A DNA stretch of 64,000 bases from Eledone cirrhosa (lineage: Eukaryota), in the NCBI GenBank assembly GCA_964016885.1, contig OZ024757.1, positions 2,976,001 through 3,040,000 on the forward strand. Reading direction: 5' to 3'. Position 1 is the first letter of the stretch, and every line of letters begins with the position of its first letter. Of this stretch, positions 13,534 to 27,500 are shown piece after piece. The notes beneath the pieces are model-generated. The model had not been told where the DNA came from. It did not search any database and saw only the letters and a program-made list of their open reading frames with translations. A program made the position numbers and the translations under genes.

Positions 13534-16398
13534 TACCACATGTCTGTAGTATCAGAGCTGTGATCTCTCAATTCAGAGATTCTTTCCTGAGACATTCTAA
13601 CCGCATGTCTATAGTATCGGAGCTGTGATCTCTCAATCCAGAGATTCTTTCCTGAGACATTCTAACCACATGTCTGTAGTATCAGATGTGTGATCTCTCA
13701 ATTCAGAGATTCTTTCCTGAGACATTCTAACCACATGTCTGTAGTATCAGAGCTGTGATCTCTCAATCCAGAGATTCTTTCTTGAGACGTTCTAACCACA
13801 TGTCTGTAGTATCAGAGCTGTGATCTCTCAAATCCGAGATTCTTTCCTGAGACATTCTAACTACATGTCTGTAGTATCAGAGCTGTGATCTCTCAATTTA
13901 GAGATTCTTTCCTGAGACATTCTAACCACATATCTGTAGTGTCAGATCTGTGATATCTCAAACCAGAGATTCTTTCCAGAAACATTCTAACCACATGTCT
14001 GTAGTATCAGAGCTGTGATATCCCAATTCAGAGATTCTTTCCTGACACATTCTAACCAGATGTCTGTAGTATCAGAGCTGTGATCTCTCAATCCACAGAT
14101 TCTTTCCAGAGACCTTCTATCCACATGACTGTGGTATCAGAGCTGTGATCTCTCCATTCAGAGATTCATTCCTGACACATTCTAACCATATGTCTATAGT
14201 ATCAGGGCTGTGATCTCTCCATTCAGAGATTCTTTCCTGACACATTATAACCACATGTCTGTAGTATCAGAGCTGTGATCTCTCAATTCAGAGATTCTTT
14301 CCTGAGACATTCTTACCCCATGTCTATAGTATCAGAGCTGTGATCTCTCAATTCAGATATTCTTTCCTGAGACATTCCCGGCACCAATCAGTAGTATCAG
14401 CGTTGTGATCTCTCAAATCAGAGATTCTTTCCTGAGACATTCTAACCACATGTCTGTAGTATCAGAGCTGTGATCTCTCAATTTAGAGATTCTTTCCTGA
14501 GATATTCTAACCACATGTCTTCAGTATTATAGCTGTGATCTCTCAATCCAGAGATTCTTTCCTGAGATCTTCTAACCCCATATCTATAGTATTAGAGCTG
14601 TGATCTCTCAATTCAAAGATTCTTTCCAGAGATATTCTTACCACATGTCTGTAGTATCAGAGCTGTGATCTCTCAATCCAGAGATTCTTTCTTGAGATGT
14701 TCTAACCACATGTCTATAGTATCAGATATGTGATCTCTCAATTCAGAGATTCTTTCCAGAGACATTCTAACCACATGACAATATTATCAGAGCTGTGATC
14801 TCTCAATTCAGAGATTCTTTCCAGAGACATACTAACCACATGTCTGTAGTATCAGAGCTCTGATCTCTCAATTCAGAGTTTCTTTCCTGAGACATTCTAA
14901 CCACATGTCTATATTATCAGAGCTGTGATATCTCTATTCAGAGATTCGTTCCTGAGATATTCTAAGCACATGTCTATAGTATCAGAGCTGTGATCTCTCA
15001 ATTCAGAGATTCTTTCCTGAGACAATCTAACCACATGTCTGTAGTATCAGAGGTGTGATCTCTCAATTCAGAGATTCATTCCTGAGACATTCTAACCACA
15101 TGTCTGTAGTATCAGAGCTGTGATCTCTCAATCCAGAGATTCTTTCTTGAGACATTCTAACCACATGTCTGTAGTATCAGAGCTGTGATATCTCAATTTA
15201 GAGATTCTTTCCTGAGACATTCTAAGCACATGTCTATAGTATCAGAGCTGTGATCTCTCAATTCAGAAATTCTTTCCTGAGACGTTCTAACCACATATCG
15301 GTAGTATCAGAGCTGTGATCTCTCAAATCCGAGATTCTTTCCTGAGACATTCTAACTACATGTCTGTAGTATCAGAGCTGTGATCTCTAAATTTAGAGAT
15401 TCTTTCCTGAGACATTCTAACCACATATCTGTAGTGTCAGATCTGTGATATCTCAAACCAGAGATTCTTTCCAGAAACATTCTAACCACATGTCTGTAGT
15501 ATCAGAGCTGTGATATCCCAATTCAAAGATTCTTTCCTCAGACATTCTAACCAGATGTCTGTAGTATCAGAGCTGTGATCTCTCAATCTACAGATTCTTT
15601 CCAGAGACCTTCTATCCACATGACTGTGGTATCAGAGCTGTGATCTCTCCATTCAGAGATTCTTTCCTGACACATTCTAACCATATGTCTATAGCATCAG
15701 GGCTGTGAACTCTCCATTCAGAGATTCTTTCCTGACACATTATAACCACATGTCTGTAGTATCAGAGCTGTGATCTCTCAATTCAGAGATTCTTTCCTGA
15801 GACATTCGTACCCCATGTCTATAGTATCAGAGCTGTGATCTCTCAATTCAGATATTCTTTCCTGAGACATTCCCGGCACCAATCAGTAGTATCAGCGTTG
15901 TGATCTCTCAATTCAGAAGTTCTTTCCTGAGACATTCTAACCACATATCGGTAGTATCAGAGTTGTGATCTCTCAATTCAGAGATTCTTTCCTGAGACAT
16001 TCTAACTACATGTCTGTAGTATCAGAGCTGTGATCTCTCAATTTAGCGATTCTTTCTGAGACATTCTAACCACATATCTGTAGTATCAGAGCTGTGATCA
16101 CTCAATTCAGAGATTCTTTCCTCAGACATTCTAACCACATGTCTATAATAGCAGAGCTGTGATCTCTCAATTCAGAGATTCTTTTCAGAGACATCCTAAC
16201 CACATGTCTGTAGTATCAGAGCTGTGATATCCCAATTCAAAGATTCTTTCCACAGACATTCTAACCAGATGTCTGTAGTATCAGAGCTGTGATCTCTCAA
16301 TCCAGAGATTCTTTCCAGAGTCATTCTAACCACATGACTGTGGTATCAGAACTGTGATCTCTCAATTCAGAGATTCTTTCCAGAGACATTCTAACCAC

Positions 16399-19300
16399 AT
16401 GTCTATAGTATCAGAGCTGTGATCACTCCATTCAGAGATTCTTTCCTGACACGTTCTAACCACATGTCTGTAGTATCAGAGCTGTGATCTCTCAATTCAG
16501 AGATTCTTTCCTGAGACATTCTAACCACATGTCTATAGTATCAGAGCTGTGATCTCTCAATTCAGAGATTCTTTCCTGAGACATTCCCGCCACCAATCTG
16601 TAGTATCAGCGTTGTGATCTCTCAATTCAGAGATTCTTTTCTCAGACATTCTAACCACATTTCTATAGCATCAGAGCTGTGATCTCTCAATTCAGAGATT
16701 CTTTCCTGAGACGTTCTAACCACATGTCTGTAGTATCAGAGCTGTGATCTTTCAATTTAGAGATTCTTTCCTGAGACATTCTAACCACATGTCTTCAGTT
16801 TTAGAGCTGTGATCTCTCAATCCAGAGATTCTTTCCTGAGACATTCTAAACACATATCTATAGTATTAGAGCTGTGATCTCACAATTCAAAGATTCTTTC
16901 CAGAGATATTCTTACCACATGTCTGTAGTATCAGAGCTGTGATCTCTCAATTCAGAGATTCTTTCCTGAGACAATCTAACCACATGTCTGTAGTATCAGA
17001 GGCGTGATCTCTCAATTCAGAGATTCATTCCTGAGACATTCTAACCACATGTCTGTAGTATCAGAGCTGTGATCTCTCAATCCAGAGATTCTTTCTTGAG
17101 ACATTCTAACCACATGTCTGTAGTATCAGAGCTGTGATCTCTCAATTCAGAGATTCTTTCCTGCGACATTCTAACCACATGTCTGTAGTATCAGAGCTGT
17201 GATCTCTTAATTCAGAGATTCTTTCCTGAGACGTACTAACCACATGTCTATAGTATCAGAGCTCTGATCTCTCAATTCAGAGATTCTTTCCTGAGACATT
17301 CTAACCACATGTCTGTAGTATCAGAGCTGTGATCTCTCAATTCAGAGATTCTTTCCTGAGACGTTCTAACCACATGTCTGTAGTATCAGAGCTGTGATAT
17401 CCCAATTCAAAGATTCTTTCCTCAGACATTCTAACCAGATGTCTGTAGTATCAGAGCTGTGATCTCTCAATCCAGAGATTCTTTCCAGAGACATTCTAAA
17501 CACATGACTGTGGTATCAGAGCTGTGATCTCTCAATTCAAAGATTCTTTCCAGAGACATTCTAACCACATGTCTATAGTATCAGAGCTGTGATCTCTCCA
17601 TTCAGAGATTCTTTCCTGACACATACTAACCACATGTCTGTAGTATCAGAGCTCTGATCTCTCAATTCAGAGTTTCTTTCCTGAGACATTCTAAACATAT
17701 GTCTATATTATCAGAGCTGTGATATCTCAATTTTGAGATTCTTTCCTGTGACATTCTAAGCACATGTCTATAGTATCAGAGCTGTGATCTCTCAATTCAG
17801 AAATTCTTTCCTGAGACGTTCTAACCACATATCGGTAGTATCAGAGCTGTGATCTCTCAAATCCGAGATTCTTTCCTGAGACATTCTAACTACATGTCTG
17901 TAGTATCAGAGCTGTGATTTCTCAATTTAGAGATTCTTTCCTGAGACATTCTAACCACATATCTGTAGTGTCAGATCTGTGATATCTCAAACCAGAGATT
18001 CTTTCCAGAAACATTCTAACCACATGTCTGTAGTATCAGAGCTGTGATATCCCAATTCAAAGATTCTTTCCTCAGACATTCTAACCAGATGTCTGTAGTA
18101 TCAGAGCTGTGATCTCTCAATCCACAGATTCTTTCCAGCGACCTTCTATCCACATGACTGTGGTATCAGAGCTGTGATCTCTCCATTCAGAGATTCTTTC
18201 CTGACACATTCTAACCATATGTCTATAGTATCAGGGCTGTGATCTCTCAATTCAGAGATTCTTTCCTGAGACATTCGTACCCCATGTCTATAGTATCAGA
18301 GCTGTGATCTCTCAATTCAGATATTCTTTCCTGAGACATTCCCGGCACCAATCAGTAGTATCAGCGTTGTGATCTCTCAAATCAGAGATTCTTTCCTGAG
18401 ACATTCTAACCACATGTCTGTAGTATCAGAGCTGTGATCTCTCAATTTAGAGATTCTTTCCTGAGATATTCTAACCACATGTCTTCAGTATTAGAGCTGT
18501 GATCTCTCAATCCAGAGATTCTTTCCTGAGATCTTCTAACCCCATATCTATAGTATTAGAGCTGTGATCTCTCAATTCAAAGATTCTTTCCAGAGATATT
18601 CTTACCACATGTCTGTAGTATCAGAGCTGTGATCTCTCAATTCAGAGATTCTTTCCTGAGACATTCTAACTGCATGTCTATAGTATCAGATGTGTGATCT
18701 CTCAATTCAGAGATTCTTTCCTGAGACATTCTAACCACATGTCTGTAGTATCAGAGCTGTGATCTCTCAATCCTGAGATTCTTTCTTGAGATGTTCTAAC
18801 CACATGTCTGTAGTATCAGAGCTGTGATCTCTCAATTCAGAGATTCTTTCCTGAGACATTCTAACCCCATGACAATATTATCAGAACTGTGATCTCTCAA
18901 TTCAGAGATTCTTTCCAGAGACATACTAACCACATGTCTGTAGTATCAGAGCTCTGATCTCTCAATTCAGAGTTTCTTTCCTGAGACATTCTAACCACAT
19001 GTCTATATTATCAGAGCTGTGATATCTCTATTCAGAGATTCGTTCCTGAGATATTCTAAGCACATGTCTATAGTATCAGAGCTGTGATCTCTCAATTCAG
19101 AGATTCATTCCTGAGACATTCTAACCACATGTCTGTAGTATCAGAGCTGTGATCTCTCAATCCAGAGATTCTTTCTTGAGACATTCTAACCACATGTCTG
19201 TAGTATCAGAGCTGTGATATCCCAATTCAAAGATTCTTTCCACAGACATTCTAACCAGATGTCTGTAGTATCAGAGCTGTGATCTCTCAATCCAGAGATT

Positions 19301-22300
19301 CTTTCCAGAGACATTCTAACCACATGACTGTGGTATCAGAACTGTGATCTCTCAATTCAGAGATTCTTTCCAGAGACATTCTAACCACATGTCTATAGTA
19401 TCAGAGCTGTGATCACTCCATTCAGAGATTCTTTCCTGACACGTTCTAACCACATGTCTGTAGTATCAGAGCTGTGATCTCTCAATTCAGAGATTCTTTC
19501 CTGAGACATTCTAACCACATGTCTATAGTATCAGAGCTGTGATCTCTCAATTCAGAGATTCTTTCCTGAGACATTCCCGCCACCAATCTGTAGTATCAGC
19601 GTTGTGATCTCTCAATTCAGAGATTCTTTTCTCAGACATTCTAACCACATTTCTATAGCATCAGAGCTGTGATCTCTCAATTCAGAGATTCTTTCTTGAG
19701 ACGTTCTAACCACATGTCTGTAGTATCAGAGCTGTGATCTTTCAATTTAGAGATTCTTTCCTGAGACATTCTAACCACATGTCTTCAGAATTAGAGCTGT
19801 GATCTCTCAATCCAGAGATTCTTTCCTGAGACATTCTTACCACATGTCTGTAGTATCAGAGCTGTGATCTCTCAATTCAGAGATTCTTTCCTGAGACATT
19901 CTAACCGCATGTCTATAGTATCGGAGCTGTGATCTCTCAATCCAGAGATTCTTTCCTGAGACATTCTAACCACATGTCTGTAGTATCAGATGTGTGATCT
20001 CTCAATTCAGAGATTCTTTCCTGAGACATTCTAACCACATGTCTGTAGTATCAGAGCTGTGATCTCTCAATCCAGAGATTCTTTCTTGAGACGTTCTAAC
20101 CACATGTCTGTAGTATCAGAGCTGTGATCTCTCAAATCCGAGATTCTTTCCTGAGACATTCTAACTACATGTCTGTAGTATCAGAGCTGTGATCTCTCAA
20201 TTTAGAGATTCTTTCCTGAGACATTCTAACCACATATCTGTAATGTCAGAGCTGTGATCTCTCCATTCAGAGATTCATTCCTGACACATTCTAACCGCAT
20301 GTCTATAGTATCGGAGCTGTGATCTCTCAATCCAGAGATTCTTTCCTGAGACATTCTAACCACATGTCTGTAGTATCAGATGTGTGATCTCTCAATTCAG
20401 AGATTCTTTCCTGAGACATTCTAACCACATGTCTGTAGTATCAGATGTGTGATCTCTCAATTCAGAGATTCTTTCCTGAGACATTCTAACCACATGTCTG
20501 TAGTATCAGAGCTGTGATATCTCAAACTAGAGATTCTTTCCAGAAACATTCTAACCACATGTCTGTAGTATCAGAGCTGTGATATCCCAATTCAGAGATT
20601 CTTTCCTGACACATTCTAACCAGATGTCTGTAGTATCAGAGCTGTGATCTCTCAATCCACAGATTCTTTCCAGAGACCTTCTATCCACATGACTGTGGTA
20701 TCAGAGCTGTGATCTCTCCATTCAGAGATTCATTCCTGACACATTCTAACCATATGTCTATAGTATCAGGGCTGTGATCTCTCCATTCAAAGATTCTTTC
20801 CTGACACATTATAACCACATGTCTGTAGTATCAGAGCTGTGATCTCTCAATTCAGAGATTCTTTCCTGAGACATTCTTACCCCATGTCTATAGTATCAGA
20901 GCTGTGATCTCTCAATTCAGATATTCTTTCCTGAGACATTCCCGGCACCAATCAGTAGTATCAGCGTTGTGATCTCTCAAATCAGAGATTCTTTCCTGAG
21001 ACATTCTAACCACATGTCTGTAGTATCAGAGCTGTGATCTCTCAATTTAGAGATTCTTTCCTGAGATATTCTAACCACATGTCTTCAGTATTATAGCTGT
21101 GATCTCTCAATCCAGAGATTCTTTCCTGAGATCTTCTAACCCCATATCTATAGTATTAGAGCTGTGATCTCTCAATTCAAAGATTCTTTCCAGAGATATT
21201 CTTACCACATGTCTGTAGTATCAGAGCTGTGATCTCTCAATCCAGAGATTCTTTCTTGAGATGTTCTAACCACATGTCTATAGTATCAGATGTGTGATCT
21301 CTCAATTCAGAGATTCTTTCCAGAGACATTCTAACCACATGACAATATTATCAGAGCTGTGATCTCTCAATTCAGAGATTCTTTCCAGAGACATACTAAC
21401 CACATGTCTGTAGTATCAGAGCTCTGATCTCTCAATTCAGAGTTTCTTTCCTGAGACATTCTAACCACATGTCTATATTATCAGAGCTGTGATATCTCTA
21501 TTCAGAGATTCGTTCCTGAGATATTCTAAGCACATGTCTATAGTATCAGAGCTGTGATCTCTCAATTCAGAGATTCTTTCCTGAGACAATCTAACCACAT
21601 GTCTGTAGTATCAGAGGTGTGATCTCTCAATTCAGAGATTCATTCCTGAGACATTCTAACCACATGTCTGTAGTATCAGAGCTGTGATCTCTCAATCCAG
21701 AGATTCTTTCTTGAGACATTCTAACCACATGTCTGTAGTATCAGAGCTGTGATATCTCAATTTAGAGATTCTTTCCTGAGACATTCTAAGCACATGTCTA
21801 TAGTATCAGAGCTGTGATCTCTCAATTCAGAAATTCTTTCCTGAGACGTTCTAACCACATATCGGTAGTATCAGAGCTGTGATCTCTCAAATCCGAGATT
21901 CTTTCCTGAGACATTCTAACTACATGTCTGTAGTATCAGAGCTGTGATCTCTAAATTTAGAGATTCTTTCCTGAGACATTCTAACCACATATCTGTACTG
22001 TCAGATCTGTGATATCTCAAACCAGAGATTCTTTCCAGAAACATTCTAACCACATGTCTGTAGTATCAGAGCTGTGATATCCCAATTCAAAGATTCTTTC
22101 CTCAGACATTCTAACCAGATGTCTCTGTAGTATCAGAGCTGTGATCTCTCAATCTACAGATTCTTTCCAGAGACCTTCTATCCACATGACTGTGGTATCA
22201 GAGCTGTGATCTCTCCATTCAGAGATTCTTTCCTGACACATTCTAACCATATGTCTATAGTATCAGGGCTGTGATCTCTCCATTCAGAGATTCTTTCCTG

Positions 22301-24542
22301 ACACATTATAACCACATGTCTGTAGTATCAGAGCTGTGATCTCTCAATTCAGAGATTCTTTCCTGAGACATTCGTACCCCATGTCTATAGTATCAGAGCT
22401 GTGATCTCTCAATTCAGATATTCTTTCCTGAGACATTCCCGGCACCAATCAGTAGTATCAGCGTTGTGATCTCTCAAATCAGAGATTCTTTCCTGAGACA
22501 TTCTAACCACATGTCTTCAGTATTAGAGCTGTGATCTCTCAATCCAGAGATTCTTTCCTGAGATCTTCTAACCCCATATCTATAGTATTAGAGCTGTGAT
22601 CTCTCAATTCAAAGATTCTTTCCAGAGATATTCTTACCACATGTCTGTAGTATCAGAGCTGTGATCTCTCAATTCAGAGATTCTTTCCTGAGACATTCTA
22701 ACTGCATGTCTATAGTATCAGATGTGTGATCTCTCAATTCAGAGATTCTTTCCTGAGACATTCTAACCACATGTCTGTAGTATCAGAGCTGTGATCTCTC
22801 AATCCAGAGATTCTTTCTTGAGATGTCCTAACCACATGTCTGTAGTATCAGAGCTGTGATCTCTCAATTCAGAGATTCTTTCCAGAGACATTCTAACCAC
22901 ATGACAATATTATCAGAGCTGTGATCTCTCAATTCAGAGATTCTTTCCAGAGACATACTAACCACATGTCTGTAGTATCAGAGCTCTGATCTCCCAATTC
23001 AGAGTTTCTTTCCTGAGACATTCTAACCACATGTCTATATTATCAGAGCTGTGATATCTCTATTCAGAGATTCGTTCCTGAGATATTCTAAGCACATGTC
23101 TATAGTATCAGAGCTGTGATCTCTCAATTCAGAGATTCATTCCTGAGACATTCTAACCACATGTCTGTAGTATCAGAGCTGTGATCTCTCAATCCAGAGA
23201 TTCTTTCTTGAGACATTCTAACCACATGTCTGTAGTATCAGAGCTGTGATATCCCAATTCAAAGATTCTTTCCACAGACATTCTAACCAGATGTCTGTAG
23301 TATCAGAGCTGTGATCTCTCAATCCAGAGATTCTTTCCAGAGACATTCTAACCACATGACTGTGGTATCAGAACTGTGATCTCTCAATTCAGAGATTCTT
23401 TCCAGAGACATTCTAACCACATGTCTATAGTATCAGAGCTGTGATCACTCCATTCAGAGATTCTTTCCTGACACGTTCTAACCACATGTCTGTAGTATCA
23501 GAGCTGTGATCTCTCAATTCAGAGATTCTTTCCTGAGACATTCTAACCACATGTCTATAGTATCAGAGCTGTGATCTCTCAATTCAGAGATTCTTTCCTG
23601 AGACATTCCCGCCACCAATCTGTAGTATCAGCGTTGTGATCTCTCAATTCAGAGATTCTTTTCTCAGACATTCTAACCACATTTCTATAGCATCAGAGCT
23701 GTGATCTCTCAATTCAGAGATTCTTTCCTGAGACGTTCTAACCACATGTCTGTAGTATCAGAGCTGTGATCTTTCAATTTAGAGACCCTTTCCTGAGACA
23801 TTCTAACCACATGTCTACAGTATTAGAGCTGTGATCTCTCAATCCAGAGATTCTTTCCTGAGACATTCTTACCACATGTCTGTAGTATCAGAGCTGTGAT
23901 CTCTCAATTCAGAGATTCTTTCCTGAGACATTCTAACCGCATGTCTATAGTATCGGAGCTGTGATCTCTCAATCCAGAGATTCTTTCCTGAGACATTCTA
24001 ACCACATGTCTGTAGTATCAGATGTGTGATCTCTCAATTCAGAGATTCTTTCCTGAGACATTCTAACCACATGTCTGTAGTATCAGAGCTGTGATCTCTC
24101 AATCCAGAGATTCTTTCTTGAGACGTTCTAACCACATTGTCTGTAGTATCAGAGCTGTGATCTCTCAAATCCGAGATCCTTTCCTGAGACATTCTAACTA
24201 CATGTCTGTAGTATCAGAGCTGTGATCTCTCAATTTAGAGATTCTTTCCTGAGACATTCTAACCACATATCTGTAGTGTCAGATCTGTGATATCTCAAAC
24301 CAGAGATTCTTTCCAGAAACATTCTAACCCCATGTCTGTAGTATCAGAGCTGTGATATCCCAATTCAGAGATTCTTTCCTGACACATTCTAACCAGATGT
24401 CTATAGTATCAGAGCTGTGATCTCTCAATCCACAGATTCTTTCCAGAGACCTTCTATCCACATGACTGTGGTATCAGAGCTGTGATCTCTCCATTCAGAG
24501 ATTCATTCATGACACATTCTAACCATATGTCTATAGTATCAG
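16399..24542 (+). repeat. 8128-bp tandem duplication, copy 1 (125 monomers + 3 bp)
   Basis: Marker monomers at 16586, 18341, 19576, 20941, 22438 and 23608 recur exactly +8128. The private insertions 'gtctctgtag' (+2) and 'acattgtct' (+1) are in both copies. Confidence 0.95.
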
Positions 24543-27500
24543 AGCTGTGATCACTCCATTCAGAGATTCTTTCCTGACACGTTCTAACCACATGTCTGTA
24601 GTATCAGAGCTGTGATCTCTCAATTCAGAGATTCTTTCCTGAGACATTCTAACCACATGTCTATAGTATCAGAGCTGTGATCTCTCAATTCAGAGATTCT
24701 TTCCTGAGACATTCCCGCCACCAATCTGTAGTATCAGCGTTGTGATCTCTCAATTCAGAGATTCTTTTCTCAGACATTCTAACCACATTTCTATAGCATC
24801 AGAGCTGTGATCTCTCAATTCAGAGATTCTTTCCTGAGACGTTCTAACCACATGTCTGTAGTATCAGAGCTGTGATCTTTCAATTTAGAGATTCTTTCCT
24901 GAGACATTCTAACCACATGTCTTCAGTTTTAGAGCTGTGATCTCTCAATCCAGAGATTCTTTCCTGAGACATTCTAAACACATATCTATAGTATTAGAGC
25001 TGTGATCTCACAATTCAAAGATTCTTTCCAGAGATATTCTTACCACATGTCTGTAGTATCAGAGCTGTGATCTCTCAATTCAGAGATTCTTTCCTGAGAC
25101 AATCTAACCACATGTCTGTAGTATCAGAGGCGTGATCTCTCAATTCAGAGATTCATTCCTGAGACATTCTAACCACATGTCTGTAGTATCAGAGCTGTGA
25201 TCTCTCAATCCAGAGATTCTTTCTTGAGACATTCTAACCACATGTCTGTAGTATCAGAGCTGTGATCTCTCAATTCAGAGATTCTTTCCTGCGACATTCT
25301 AACCACATGTCTGTAGTATCAGAGCTGTGATCTCTTAATTCAGAGATTCTTTCCTGAGACGTACTAACCACATGTCTATAGTATCAGAGCTCTGATCTCT
25401 CAATTCAGAGATTCTTTCCTGAGACATTCTAACCACATGTCTGTAGTATCAGAGCTGTGATCTCTCAATTCAGAGATTCTTTCCTGAGACGTTCTAACCA
25501 CATGTCTGTAGTATCAGAGCTGTGATATCCCAATTCAAAGATTCTTTCCTCAGACATTCTAACCAGATGTCTGTAGTATCAGAGCTGTGATCTCTCAATC
25601 CAGAGATTCTTTCCAGAGACATTCTAAACACATGACTGTGGTATCAGAGCTGTGATCTCTCAATTCAAAGATTCTTTCCAGAGACATTCTAACCACATGT
25701 CTATAGTATCAGAGCTGTGATCTCTCCATTCAGAGATTCTTTCCTGACACATACTAACCACATGTCTGTAGTATCAGAGCTCTGATCTCTCAATTCAGAG
25801 TTTCTTTCCTGAGACATTCTAAACATATGTCTATATTATCAGAGCTGTGATATCTCAATTTTGAGATTCTTTCCTGTGACATTCTAAGCACATGTCTATA
25901 GTATCAGAGCTGTGATCTCTCAATTCAGAAATTCTTTCCTGAGACGTTCTAACCACATATCGGTAGTATCAGAGCTGTGATCTCTCAAATCCGAGATTCT
26001 TTCCTGAGACATTCTAACTACATGTCTGTAGTATCAGAGCTGTGATTTCTCAATTTAGAGATTCTTTCCTGAGACATTCTAACCACATATCTGTAGTGTC
26101 AGATCTGTGATATCTCAAACCAGAGATTCTTTCCAGAAACATTCTAACCACATGTCTGTAGTATCAGAGCTGTGATATCCCAATTCAAAGATTCTTTCCT
26201 CAGACATTCTAACCAGATGTCTGTAGTATCAGAGCTGTGATCTCTCAATCCACAGATTCTTTCCAGCGACCTTCTATCCACATGACTGTGGTATCAGAGC
26301 TGTGATCTCTCCATTCAGAGATTCTTTCCTGACACATTCTAACCATATGTCTATAGTATCAGGGCTGTGATCTCTCAATTCAGAGATTCTTTCCTGAGAC
26401 ATTCGTACCCCATGTCTATAGTATCAGAGCTGTGATCTCTCAATTCAGATATTCTTTCCTGAGACATTCCCGGCACCAATCAGTAGTATCAGCGTTGTGA
26501 TCTCTCAAATCAGAGATTCTTTCCTGAGACATTCTAACCACATGTCTGTAGTATCAGAGCTGTGATCTCTCAATTTAGAGATTCTTTCCTGAGATATTCT
26601 AACCACATGTCTTCAGTATTAGAGCTGTGATCTCTCAATCCAGAGATTCTTTCCTGAGATCTTCTAACCCCATATCTATAGTATTAGAGCTGTGATCTCT
26701 CAATTCAAAGATTCTTTCCAGAGATATTCTTACCACATGTCTGTAGTATCAGAGCTGTGATCTCTCAATTCAGAGATTCTTTCCTGAGACATTCTAACTG
26801 CATGTCTATAGTATCAGATGTGTGATCTCTCAATTCAGAGATTCTTTCCTGAGACATTCTAACCACATGTCTGTAGTATCAGAGCTGTGATCTCTCAATC
26901 CTGAGATTCTTTCTTGAGATGTTCTAACCACATGTCTGTAGTATCAGAGCTGTGATCTCTCAATTCAGAGATTCTTTCCTGAGACATTCTAACCCCATGA
27001 CAATATTATCAGAACTGTGATCTCTCAATTCAGAGATTCTTTCCAGAGACATACTAACCACATGTCTGTAGTATCAGAGCTCTGATCTCTCAATTCAGAG
27101 TTTCTTTCCTGAGACATTCTAACCACATGTCTATATTATCAGAGCTGTGATATCTCTATTCAGAGATTCGTTCCTGAGATATTCTAAGCACATGTCTATA
27201 GTATCAGAGCTGTGATCTCTCAATTCAGAGATTCATTCCTGAGACATTCTAACCACATGTCTGTAGTATCAGAGCTGTGATCTCTCAATCCAGAGATTCT
27301 TTCTTGAGACATTCTAACCACATGTCTGTAGTATCAGAGCTGTGATATCCCAATTCAAAGATTCTTTCCACAGACATTCTAACCAGATGTCTGTAGTATC
27401 AGAGCTGTGATCTCTCAATCCAGAGATTCTTTCCAGAGACATTCTAACCACATGACTGTGGTATCAGAACTGTGATCTCTCAATTCAGAGATTCTTTCCA

